DNA of 64,000 nucleotides from a virus: IMG/VR virus record IMGVR_UViG_3300007735_000798, positions 1 to 64,000 of that record; one strand, 5' to 3'. Shown piece by piece: positions 50,287 to 59,219 of this stretch (position 1 is its first letter; each line of letters starts with the position of its first letter). The notes under the pieces were generated by a model. It saw only the letters and a program-made list of their open reading frames with translations, ran no database searches and was not told where the DNA came from. The position numbers and the translations under genes were made by a program.

Positions 50287-53200
50287 TTACGGTTTCGAAG
50301 GCGGAACTTTTATTCCCATTGCACTTTGTATTTCTCTAGTAATTCTTGGAATTTGTTTTTGAATTTCAGCCGCGACAGCTGAAGCTACATCTCCACCACT
50401 TTCGGCATTTACGACAAGATTAATTGGAGCATTTGTTGTATTTGCTATTGATGGTGAATTTATACCTTGATTATTTTGCATATTAGAAGCGTCTGTAGTA
50501 TTTTGTAAACTAGATAAGGAAGTATTAAGATTTTGAATTGCGCTTAGTAATGAAGTCAATGCGCTTGTATTTGTATCTAAACTTGATTCTATTTGCGTAA
50601 AAGACTGTTCTGAGACAGCAAAATTCGGAATATAACCACGACTCATTAATCCCGCAGATTTTTGTCCTATCATTGAGTCATTCAATGCTTTATCTAATCC
50701 GCCATGATCAGCTATTGCAGATGCAAATGTAGGTTGACTACTATTTCTAATATGTGGAAAAGGTTTAGTGCCATAAATAGCTTTATTACCACTAAGGCGT
50801 TCTTCAAGATCCATTACTGAATTTTTGTATGCAAAATTTGGAATAAAGCCACCAGCCAAATTATCAGGTGTGGTCCCAGGTGGTAGTTTACCACTTTTTA
50901 AAAGTTTCTCTTTTAATTTTAGAGTTTGTGCTTCTGCAAATACAGTTCCATTCGTTGAAGATATGAGATCTGGTATCATAGCACCAGTAGTTAGTAGATC
51001 TTTTCCAGCCCCAATACCTAGACTAGTAATCGCCCCATAAACAGCCGCTAATGGATTTTTTCCGATAGCTAGACCACTAGCGGCCCCACCAACAGCAGTT
51101 GAGAATATTTTTTCGAGTTGATCAATATAGGGGTTTTCCGATTTTTTTCCACCATGAAATAAATTATCTAATGCATATTGAGTACTAGCTTCCGCACCAA
51201 TACCAATGGCTCCAGATTTAAATATATTTTTAGCGCTATTCGCTACCGAAGCAAGTTTTGTTGTACTATTAACTTGGAATCTATTCCAAATATCTTCAAA
51301 AAATGGAATAAGGCTATCGAGAGTATCTTCTAATCCAATAGTTCTACCAAATTTCGCATTTTTATTTTCTTCTGCGAAATTTGGAATAAAGCCTTTTGCC
51401 ATACCTATGGCTTTTTGCATATTTCTTGTCAATACGGCTGTTTGACCACTTCCCCCAAAATTATCAACAAGTTTTTCTCCACTATTAATAAAAGCAGGAG
51501 ATCCATTTAAATTTGGAATAAATTGTGGTCGATCTCCAGGTTTTGCCCCTCCAACTCCACGACCGATATCTCGAGATTCTTTATTGTATCCAGGTAAAAA
51601 TCCTTTTGCATTTGATGTCGACTCTACAGATTTATATTTTGCTATTGGTATATAAGGAGTTGGATTTCCAGGCTCCCCTGTTCGTTCTAAAATTTGTTTT
51701 AATATATTGTTTGTAATATTAATTGCTTGTACCGTAGGATCGCTTGAAAGTATTATATCATCTTTATAACTTGTCAGCATCTTTTCTAATGCTTGTTTTT
51801 CTTTGGTGTCGCTTGTAGTTTTTATTTTATCACGAATTTCTTGTAACAGACTTTCATTTGTTACACCAAGCGCTTGCGCTACTTGGATTTTTGCAATGAG
51901 TTCTTCTCCACCCAGCGCTTGTGTTTGTTTTAATGCGGTTAGAAGCTCTGTTTTAAATTGATCAGGTAAATTTTGATTGCCTTGAACCTGTTTTGTCAAT
52001 AATTGTATTTTATTAGTAAGATTTTGAGATAAACCAGCTACAATTTCTTTATAAATTTGACTGTTGGCATCTGGTGTATATCCAGTAAGTTCTTGTAAAG
52101 ATTGAACATATTGTAAAGCATTACGTCCATATTTTGGTAATAATTCTTTTCTAGCTCTTTCTGCTTCTGATCCTTGATATCTATATTCACCAAATTGATT
52201 AGTTCTAAATACCCCTTTAGTATTTAATGCAGCAACTGTATTAGCTGACTTCGCAACTTTATCAAAAGCACTTTCTCCATATTTGGGTGGATTTATAAAT
52301 TCTTCAATGCCACCGCCAAAATTTTGAGCTTGTTTAATTGCATCCACAAGTCTTTTTTGAGTAGTTTCTTGTGCAAGTTTAACTTGTTTTTCTTGTAGCA
52401 ATTTGGCGGCTTCTTCCGCTTTATCATTTCCCTTAGATGTTATACCAATTAGCTCACTTAATTTGTCTTCAAGTGGTTTTCCAAAAAAACCAAGATTATT
52501 CAATAATGGAGTAAATATTTCCGATAAATATTCAGGCTGTAAATTTTTCTTATCTATAATTTCAGAGTTGATTTTTTCTATAAATGCGTCTATAACTGGA
52601 GATTTACCATTTTCTGAAATGTTAAGTCTAGTTCTTAAGTTTTTATCACTGTCTAATTGTTCTTTTGTCGGTAGGACAGCATCATTTATGGCTGTCGCCA
52701 TCTCAACCATTATATCATCAACTGATTGTTCAAAATCAATATTTAATTTTGCAAACTCAGATTTTAGTTCAAAATCTTTTGTCATGCGAGATTCCTGCCC
52801 AGTAAGTTGTGATATAAGTTGTGCTGGATTTGTAAATTGTTCAGTGTACGAAAATTCTCGAGCAAAACTTCTCTTTTTTTGTTCTATAACTATTGATTTT
52901 TTTGCCAAATCAATATTTTTTTGCAATGATTTAATCATTGCTTCATTAGCTTTAGCAGCACTTAATTGTGCATTCTCTGTATCTCTTAAGGCTTGTGCAT
53001 ATTGATTAGAAGATGTTACATTTTGTCTAGTAGCATAATTAGCATCACTAGCAGCCCTCTGAAGAACTATGAGTGTATCGAGATAATCCTGATTAGTTCG
53101 TTTTGCAGCATTTATGGTACTTTCTATAAATTCCGCGCTTCCTACTACACCTCCCAATGAGTCTTCTAATATTGTTTGTAAATCTTTAACTTTTTCTTCT

Positions 53201-56200
53201 AATGGGCGGGCATCTTTTTTATATTCTCCAGTGTCAGGATTTACGCCAGTTAATAACCCTAATTTTTTACCCGTTTCTTCGTCTAATTTTTTTAAAATAG
53301 GCAATGCCTCTTCTCCCTTTTTACCCTGTAAAGCCATTCCAATGAATGTATCTCCAAGAAGTTTTATATTTTTTTCAACATCAGCGGTATCTGTTCCCCT
53401 AAATAAATAGTTATCTCGTCTACTAGCTAATTCACTAACCTTCTCGACATTAGCTCTATTTTCCTCTGCGCGTTGTTTTTCTCCTCTTATTTTTGCCATT
53501 TCTGCTTGTTGCGCAGTTTTTCCTTGTTTGCTTACAATTCTTGCCTGATCTTCTGGTGAAAAATCTGCAAGAGCAGCGGCATATTCATCTTGGGCCTGTT
53601 TTACTTTTTGTGGATTTGGAACGGCTTCACTTAAAGCATTTTTTAAATTTTCGCTAGCAGTTGTTAATCTAGCTGAAGCATCATTAAATTTTGTTAATTC
53701 TTGACTAGCTTTTTCATGTGCGGCAATCGCTTCTGGTAATGTATTATTAAGCTCACTAAAATAATCATTCGCAGCCATAACTCCTCCAGCTATAAGCCCA
53801 ATCGCGCCACCCGCAGCAGCCCCATAAGGACCAAAAGCCAGTCCTAATTGAGCACCAGTAGCTCCTAAACTTAGTGCTTGTCCCGCACCAGTAACAGCTG
53901 CCGCCGTTGCTCGTCCTTGCGGACTTGTCTGTGAAATAGTATTTTTAATAGTGGCCGCAAGAATTGGAGCACCAATTGCTATTGCACTTCCATATGCATC
54001 CGCAGCAGCACCAAATTTTTTTACACCTTTGGCTGAATCACCCAATGCTTGAAGATTTTGTCTATATTGATTTGTTGTTCCACTTAATACATAACTAAGT
54101 CCAACTAATTGAATACTTAACGCACCAAGTGCTGAACTAGTACTTGTAGGCTCTTCTGCATAATTTGGTACAAAACCGCGAGAATACATTCCAATACCTT
54201 TTCGCTCGCGCCCAATAGCATCTTTTAATCCATTTGGTTCATCGCGTGTATTTGTCACAGCAATTGGGTTTCCATTTTTATCAAAATGTGCACGAATTTG
54301 AGAAACTGGAACGCCACGATTAGTAGAAGCAAAATTTGGAATAAAACCTTTCGCCATTCCTCTACTTAAAAATGCTGGAATATCTTTTTCAAAAATTCTA
54401 CCAGGACCATTAGCTTGTTTAATTGGCCAAACAATTTGATCTTTACTTAAAGGTAGTCCATAAACAGAGGCACCACCAGTCTCCATATCTGGAAGTAGTT
54501 CTGAACTTTTTAGTTTATCCCTATTATATCTTACTAACCAAGAACTTTGTTTTCTAGCTGAAGCCCAATTTTTTGCACGACCAATATTTTGTTTATAAGC
54601 TTGCCTATCGCTCATTTTTTCCCCTGGTCGGGAAAGAGCATCCCACATGTAAGTTCCAGAGCCACCAAAATATTCCATAGCAGATTGGTCAGAAGATCTA
54701 TTTCGGAAGGCCCATCCTTTACCGAATTTAGATAACATCATTTTTAATTCTTTGTCATCTACGGCTCTTACGAGTGGTGCTGCAAAATTTGGAATAAAAC
54801 CGCGCGCATAAATTGGAAAATCTTCTTCTCTTTTTAGTTGGCCTTTATTTTCTACATATTTTCTAACCATTTGACTATCAAAAGCGATACCCTTGCCACC
54901 ATGAGTTCTAGATAATCTAAATAAAACTCTTTGAATATCAAATTCTTTTCCTGGAAATTTTTTTAATAATAATTGGTAGACTTTATCATCTACAATTCTT
55001 TTTTTAGGGAAGGTAATTTGTCCATAAGCTCCTTTATAACCTTCTTGTTCTTCATCTGGAGAGGCAAATGCTTGGGCAACTTTTTTATTTTTAGAAGTGC
55101 TCATCATTCGCCAATTAACATCAGTCTCAAAATCTTGAGAAACTTGATCAAAAATAGCATCTTTAATCCCAGTAGGTTCAAAATCATCACCAGGAGTACC
55201 TAACATAGTAAAATCTTTATGTCTATAATCGTCTTTTCTACCAGCTCTTAGATTAAAAATACTTTGTTTATTTAATTTTTTAAAATCTTTTCCAGGAACT
55301 GAAACGCCACGATATAATTTTTCTGTTTGTTCTGATCTGCCTAATTTTTTAATTATAGATAAATATTCTCTTAAAATTTGAGCATCAATTGCTTGGGATT
55401 TAAAATTAGGATTAGTATTAATATCTTTACGTCTTAGTGCTAAATCTTTACCAGTAGCTCTTGGTAAATCTTTAAAGTCAATACCACCCAAAAATTTTGG
55501 TGATGCAAAATTTGGAATAAAACCAAAAGCAGCTCCAGGCCTACGAAGAAACTCCATTTCTTTCATTTTTGTGGCTTGAGATTTAAAACCCATTTTTAAC
55601 GCACGTTCTCCACGAGAACTTCTAGCAAATTGAGTAACTTGATCAAAATCGTTTTTTGTCAAACCATTTTCTTCAAATTGTTTTTGAACATATTTCCAAT
55701 CTCCGATTTTTAATGCATCGACATTAAAAGATCTCCCAAGCCAACCTTCACCCAACGCTCTAGATAAAGCTTCAATTTTAGCACGACCCTTTAGTGGGAA
55801 TCCAGGTTGTTTTAGAAAAGCGTCTAAACCAGAAGTATTAACGCCCAATTTTGTTGCGGCTTTTATATAAGCATTATTCGATAAACCACTACCCTCCGAT
55901 AACTTAGTAGATATATTAGGATTAGTTATTCTACTATTTATAATTTCTATTAATTTTGAATTTGCAAAATTTGGAACAAAACCAGCAGCCATACCTTTTG
56001 ATCTACTAATTCTTGCCATTTCTTCTTTAATTGCTTTTTCTAGTTGTGGTCCTCTTCTTAGATTTTGTCCTTGAAGATTTTTTAAAGCTTCTGTTCTTAA
56101 TGCTTGTGATTGCTTATAACCAGCACCACTTTTTACTTGCTTTACTTCTCCAACTTTAGCTTCTTGTAGTAACTTGCTCATTACATCATTAACTAATTCT

Positions 56201-59181
56201 GGAGAATATTTAGCATCATACATTCCAGGAGCACCATGAAATAGATTTCTTAGTTTAGGGGTTATTCTATTTTGACGAAAATCAATTCCTGCATTTTGAG
56301 AAGTTTTTTGTAAATTTTGTTGAAGTAAAGTAAGTAAACCACCTTCAAAAGCAACGCCAACAGCCCCTTTTGCCGCACCAAAATTTGGAAGGTCTTGTGC
56401 TGATTTTAAGAAATTACCCCCGCCAATTGCTTGACCAAATTGATTTGCCTCACGAACTAATAGGTCACCTAAATTTTTATCTAAATCTGGAAGTTCGCCC
56501 TTAAGAACTTGCTTATTAATTCCAGCTACGGGAATTAAACCTTTATATTGTTGTCCTAAATAACTTGCTGTTGCTGGGGTCATCGAATATCCTTCAGAAA
56601 CCCCTGGATGAATTAGAGAAACAACTTTGCCTTTTAATGCTGGAGAAGTTGTTGTATCTCCAAGATCAATCAAATTTTTTCCTTGCGCAAAATTTGGAAT
56701 AAAACCAGAAGCACGATTTTTAAATTTTGATGCAATTATATTTGCAGCAGAAGCTCGCACTTTAGGATCGTTAAAATTTTTACCTTTTCCAGCAACATTT
56801 CCAAAAAGAGTTTTTCTATCAATATTTCTAACAGAATCAATTAGAATGTTTGATAAAAATAAAGAATCTCCTTTTTCGAGACCAGAATTTTTAAAAACTG
56901 AAGAATTAGCAACGCTAGGATTTTTCTTTAAAATTGCCCCAACACCAGCACGTAAATTTACTATTTTATCACGATTACCATCTCCTGGAACTAAAATTGA
57001 TCCACCACTTCCAGGTGGAATTACTTGATTTCCAAGAATTTGTGACCCCGAAAGTCTTAATATTTTAGATATATAACTAGCTTTATTACCTTCAGATTCG
57101 CTTAATTTTGCATCTCCATATAATGTTCTTCTATTAATACCAAGAAGATTTTTAACTTCTGGATTTACTCTTGCGCTAGATAATACGTTTGGTGCAAAAT
57201 CTATAATATCAGAATCTTCTAAATAAGCTTTTTTAAGACCTAATGATAAAGCAATAGCATTGTCAAAAACTTTACCAGCAGCAAAACTTTTTTGATATTG
57301 AGATATATTTTTTTCATTTGCAAAATTTGGAATATATCCTTTCGCCGCCATTTGTACACCATTTCCATACATTGGAATAACCATTGAATCACCATTACTA
57401 CCAACTCCAGGATATTCAATTTCTTGGTTATTCATTACAAATTTTTTACCACCGATTGTACCTTGCGACATGTGTGGCCGAACAGAAGGAGTTGCACCTA
57501 AAGCAATTGCCTGTGCTTTTTCAATTTGCTTATCCGAAGCAAAATTTGGAATATAACCAGCGGCTTTACCAGTTTTTTTCGTTGGCGCTATTGGTACTCC
57601 GCCAGTAACACGAACTCCAGCACCATAAAACGCTTTAGAAATTTGCGCTGCCACCGCAGCTTGTTTTTGTAATTCAACAGTTTGTTTTTGTAAATTTGCT
57701 AACAAACTATTAGCGGCAGCATTCAAACCCTGCTCACCTTTTAAAGCAAGTTCAAGAAGCTGTGGATTTTTAGATAAAATTTGATTGATACTTTGTTGTA
57801 AACTTTGTTGTTGTACTGCGGCCTGATTTAAACCAAGAAGTTGTTGGACACTTCCAGTTGCAAATTTCCCTAAATCACGAAAAAGTTTAAGTAATACTCC
57901 CCCAATAATTGCTAAACCAGGACCCGCAATAAATTGAGCCAAACCATCTATAATACCTTTACCAAGTGCAGATCCAACTCCAGTTCCTTCAGATTCGTTT
58001 ACCCCACCCAATATTTTATTAGCTCCACCGACAACACGTTCGAATGCTGGACCGAGTAAACGGTTTCCAGCCGTTGCCGCTAATTGTGTGGCATTTTGTT
58101 TTAATGTATTAATTTGTGCGGCATAAGTTTTATTTAGCGCGTCATTTCTTTTAACGGCTTCGTCTGTAGAACTAGCTGCAACATTTAAAGCGCTATTATA
58201 AATAGAATATTCTTTACCTAAATCAGCAAGAGCGGCTTTTAAAATGTTAATTTGAAAAACACCACCAACCTGTTCGGCTACATAAGCTTGTTGTTGCGCT
58301 CCAAGAGTATCATAAACCTTACCTAAATCTTGCAATAATTGAATTGTAGATTTTAATTGTCCAGAACTATCAGTAGTACTTATTCCTAAACTTCCTAAAA
58401 GATCTTGAACCTTACCACGTTCTAAACGTGTAAAAATTGTTTTAAATGAGTTACCAATTACAGCGCCACCGCGTGCAGTAGTTTGCTGTGCTGATGTGAC
58501 AATAGCAATAAGTTCATTAAGTGAAACCCCAGATTGTGCAGCACTACTACCAACACGACTAATAGCTTCTGCAAGATCCGCCGAACTAACTGCGAAAGCA
58601 GCATCAACATTAGCAAATTTATTTACAACTTCACTAGCGGTTACAGCTTGACTCGCAAAAGAATTGACTGCGGCAGTAAGGGCTTCAACACTTTTTGCCG
58701 CATCAAGACCACTTAAACGTGAAAGAATAAGAGCTTCATTAGTACGTTTTAATGTTTCTGCGACACCCAAACCTTGACGAGAAAATTCTGTAGCTGCTTT
58801 GGCTACTTCTTGAAACCCCTGTCCAGTATTTTTAGCAATATTAAACAATTCACCACCAAATTTTTGTAATTGTGAGGCTGAAACATTTAATATAACATTA
58901 ATATCTTGTAAAGATTTTTGTACTTCAATAGTAGATGAAACTAATGCGCTGAAAGCTTTTTCTAAACCATATATAATTCCAGCACTTGCTCCGAATGCGA
59001 TAACACGGGCATTAGATGCATCTAATGATTTTGTAAATTCATTAACTTGCCCAGTAATACGCCCCAAAGGCTGATCGCCTTTAGTTTTTAAGTTAATAGA
59101 ATAAACTTTATTGACAGTTCTTTGAATATCTCTGTCTAATTGCCTAGTATTTCCACCAATATCTAATGTAATAGCAGCCAT
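50287..59181 (-). CDS. Tape measure protein carrying an array of motif-delimited accessory/effector modules
   Basis: N-terminal ~540 aa match the TP901-type TMP core (A.EFSRQG, D..FAVSS.DLAEA.SR.G, GG.VIGNSFKTIFTR). Gene lies downstream of tail tube and chaperone-like genes and has 12 GxxPNxA-type motifs. Confidence 0.9.
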   Translation of the reverse strand: MAAITLDIGGNTRQLDRDIQRTVNKVYSINLKTKGDQPLGRITGQVNEFTKSLDASNARVIAFGASAGIIYGLEKAFSALVSSTIEVQKSLQDINVILNVSASQLQKFGGELFNIAKNTGQGFQEVAKAATEFSRQGLGVAETLKRTNEALILSRLSGLDAAKSVEALTAAVNSFASQAVTASEVVNKFANVDAAFAVSSADLAEAISRVGSSAAQSGVSLNELIAIVTSAQQTTARGGAVIGNSFKTIFTRLERGKVQDLLGSLGISTTDSSGQLKSTIQLLQDLGKVYDTLGAQQQAYVAEQVGGVFQINILKAALADLGKEYSIYNSALNVAASSTDEAVKRNDALNKTYAAQINTLKQNATQLAATAGNRLLGPAFERVVGGANKILGGVNESEGTGVGSALGKGIIDGLAQFIAGPGLAIIGGVLLKLFRDLGKFATGSVQQLLGLNQAAVQQQSLQQSINQILSKNPQLLELALKGEQGLNAAANSLLANLQKQTVELQKQAAVAAQISKAFYGAGVRVTGGVPIAPTKKTGKAAGYIPNFASDKQIEKAQAIALGATPSVRPHMSQGTIGGKKFVMNNQEIEYPGVGSNGDSMVIPMYGNGVQMAAKGYIPNFANEKNISQYQKSFAAGKVFDNAIALSLGLKKAYLEDSDIIDFAPNVLSSARVNPEVKNLLGINRRTLYGDAKLSESEGNKASYISKILRLSGSQILGNQVIPPGSGGSILVPGDGNRDKIVNLRAGVGAILKKNPSVANSSVFKNSGLEKGDSLFLSNILIDSVRNIDRKTLFGNVAGKGKNFNDPKVRASAANIIASKFKNRASGFIPNFAQGKNLIDLGDTTTSPALKGKVVSLIHPGVSEGYSMTPATASYLGQQYKGLIPVAGINKQVLKGELPDLDKNLGDLLVREANQFGQAIGGGNFLKSAQDLPNFGAAKGAVGVAFEGGLLTLLQQNLQKTSQNAGIDFRQNRITPKLRNLFHGAPGMYDAKYSPELVNDVMSKLLQEAKVGEVKQVKSGAGYKQSQALRTEALKNLQGQNLRRGPQLEKAIKEEMARISRSKGMAAGFVPNFANSKLIEIINSRITNPNISTKLSEGSGLSNNAYIKAATKLGVNTSGLDAFLKQPGFPLKGRAKIEALSRALGEGWLGRSFNVDALKIGDWKYVQKQFEENGLTKNDFDQVTQFARSSRGERALKMGFKSQATKMKEMEFLRRPGAAFGFIPNFASPKFLGGIDFKDLPRATGKDLALRRKDINTNPNFKSQAIDAQILREYLSIIKKLGRSEQTEKLYRGVSVPGKDFKKLNKQSIFNLRAGRKDDYRHKDFTMLGTPGDDFEPTGIKDAIFDQVSQDFETDVNWRMMSTSKNKKVAQAFASPDEEQEGYKGAYGQITFPKKRIVDDKVYQLLLKKFPGKEFDIQRVLFRLSRTHGGKGIAFDSQMVRKYVENKGQLKREEDFPIYARGFIPNFAAPLVRAVDDKELKMMLSKFGKGWAFRNRSSDQSAMEYFGGSGTYMWDALSRPGEKMSDRQAYKQNIGRAKNWASARKQSSWLVRYNRDKLKSSELLPDMETGGASVYGLPLSKDQIVWPIKQANGPGRIFEKDIPAFLSRGMAKGFIPNFASTNRGVPVSQIRAHFDKNGNPIAVTNTRDEPNGLKDAIGRERKGIGMYSRGFVPNYAEEPTSTSSALGALSIQLVGLSYVLSGTTNQYRQNLQALGDSAKGVKKFGAAADAYGSAIAIGAPILAATIKNTISQTSPQGRATAAAVTGAGQALSLGATGAQLGLAFGPYGAAAGGAIGLIAGGVMAANDYFSELNNTLPEAIAAHEKASQELTKFNDASARLTTASENLKNALSEAVPNPQKVKQAQDEYAAALADFSPEDQARIVSKQGKTAQQAEMAKIRGEKQRAEENRANVEKVSELASRRDNYLFRGTDTADVEKNIKLLGDTFIGMALQGKKGEEALPILKKLDEETGKKLGLLTGVNPDTGEYKKDARPLEEKVKDLQTILEDSLGGVVGSAEFIESTINAAKRTNQDYLDTLIVLQRAASDANYATRQNVTSSNQYAQALRDTENAQLSAAKANEAMIKSLQKNIDLAKKSIVIEQKKRSFAREFSYTEQFTNPAQLISQLTGQESRMTKDFELKSEFAKLNIDFEQSVDDIMVEMATAINDAVLPTKEQLDSDKNLRTRLNISENGKSPVIDAFIEKINSEIIDKKNLQPEYLSEIFTPLLNNLGFFGKPLEDKLSELIGITSKGNDKAEEAAKLLQEKQVKLAQETTQKRLVDAIKQAQNFGGGIEEFINPPKYGESAFDKVAKSANTVAALNTKGVFRTNQFGEYRYQGSEAERARKELLPKYGRNALQYVQSLQELTGYTPDANSQIYKEIVAGLSQNLTNKIQLLTKQVQGNQNLPDQFKTELLTALKQTQALGGEELIAKIQVAQALGVTNESLLQEIRDKIKTTSDTKEKQALEKMLTSYKDDIILSSDPTVQAINITNNILKQILERTGEPGNPTPYIPIAKYKSVESTSNAKGFLPGYNKESRDIGRGVGGAKPGDRPQFIPNLNGSPAFINSGEKLVDNFGGSGQTAVLTRNMQKAIGMAKGFIPNFAEENKNAKFGRTIGLEDTLDSLIPFFEDIWNRFQVNSTTKLASVANSAKNIFKSGAIGIGAEASTQYALDNLFHGGKKSENPYIDQLEKIFSTAVGGAASGLAIGKNPLAAVYGAITSLGIGAGKDLLTTGAMIPDLISSTNGTVFAEAQTLKLKEKLLKSGKLPPGTTPDNLAGGFIPNFAYKNSVMDLEERLSGNKAIYGTKPFPHIRNSSQPTFASAIADHGGLDKALNDSMIGQKSAGLMSRGYIPNFAVSEQSFTQIESSLDTNTSALTSLLSAIQNLNTSLSSLQNTTDASNMQNNQGINSPSIANTTNAPINLVVNAESGGDVASAVAAEIQKQIPRITREIQSAMGIKVPPSKP
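50617..57558 (-). repeat. Dispersed in-frame 21-nt / 7-aa repeat G(F/Y)(I/V)PN(F/Y)A
   Basis: Copies at 57538, 57319, 56686, 55963, 55504, 54781, 54328, 54157, 51373, 50830, 50617 (lowest coordinate, 21 nt each), plus degenerate GFLPGY near 51586-51603. Coding consensus GGTTTTATTCCAAATTTTGCA. Confidence 0.95.
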
Positions 59182-59216
59182 TGTGTATCCTTAATCCTTT
59201 GTATAATTAATTACAC
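59182..59216 (-). promoter_or_regulatory. GTGTAA motif with tandem AAGG leader (TMP gene)
   Basis: GTGTAA-TTAATTATAC-AAAGGATTAAGGATACACA-ATG. Confidence 0.5.
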
Positions 59217-59219
59217 ATT

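Noticed and set aside
50617-57558. 21-nt repeats as a CRISPR array
   Set aside because: Spacing is 150 to more than 2500 nt, all copies are in frame in one ORF, and variation is mostly synonymous.
50825-58716. Plus-strand ORFs inside the TMP (e.g. 52403..53005, 56627..57028)
   Set aside because: Antisense shadows of a long, less AT-rich ORF; no recognisable motifs or start signals.
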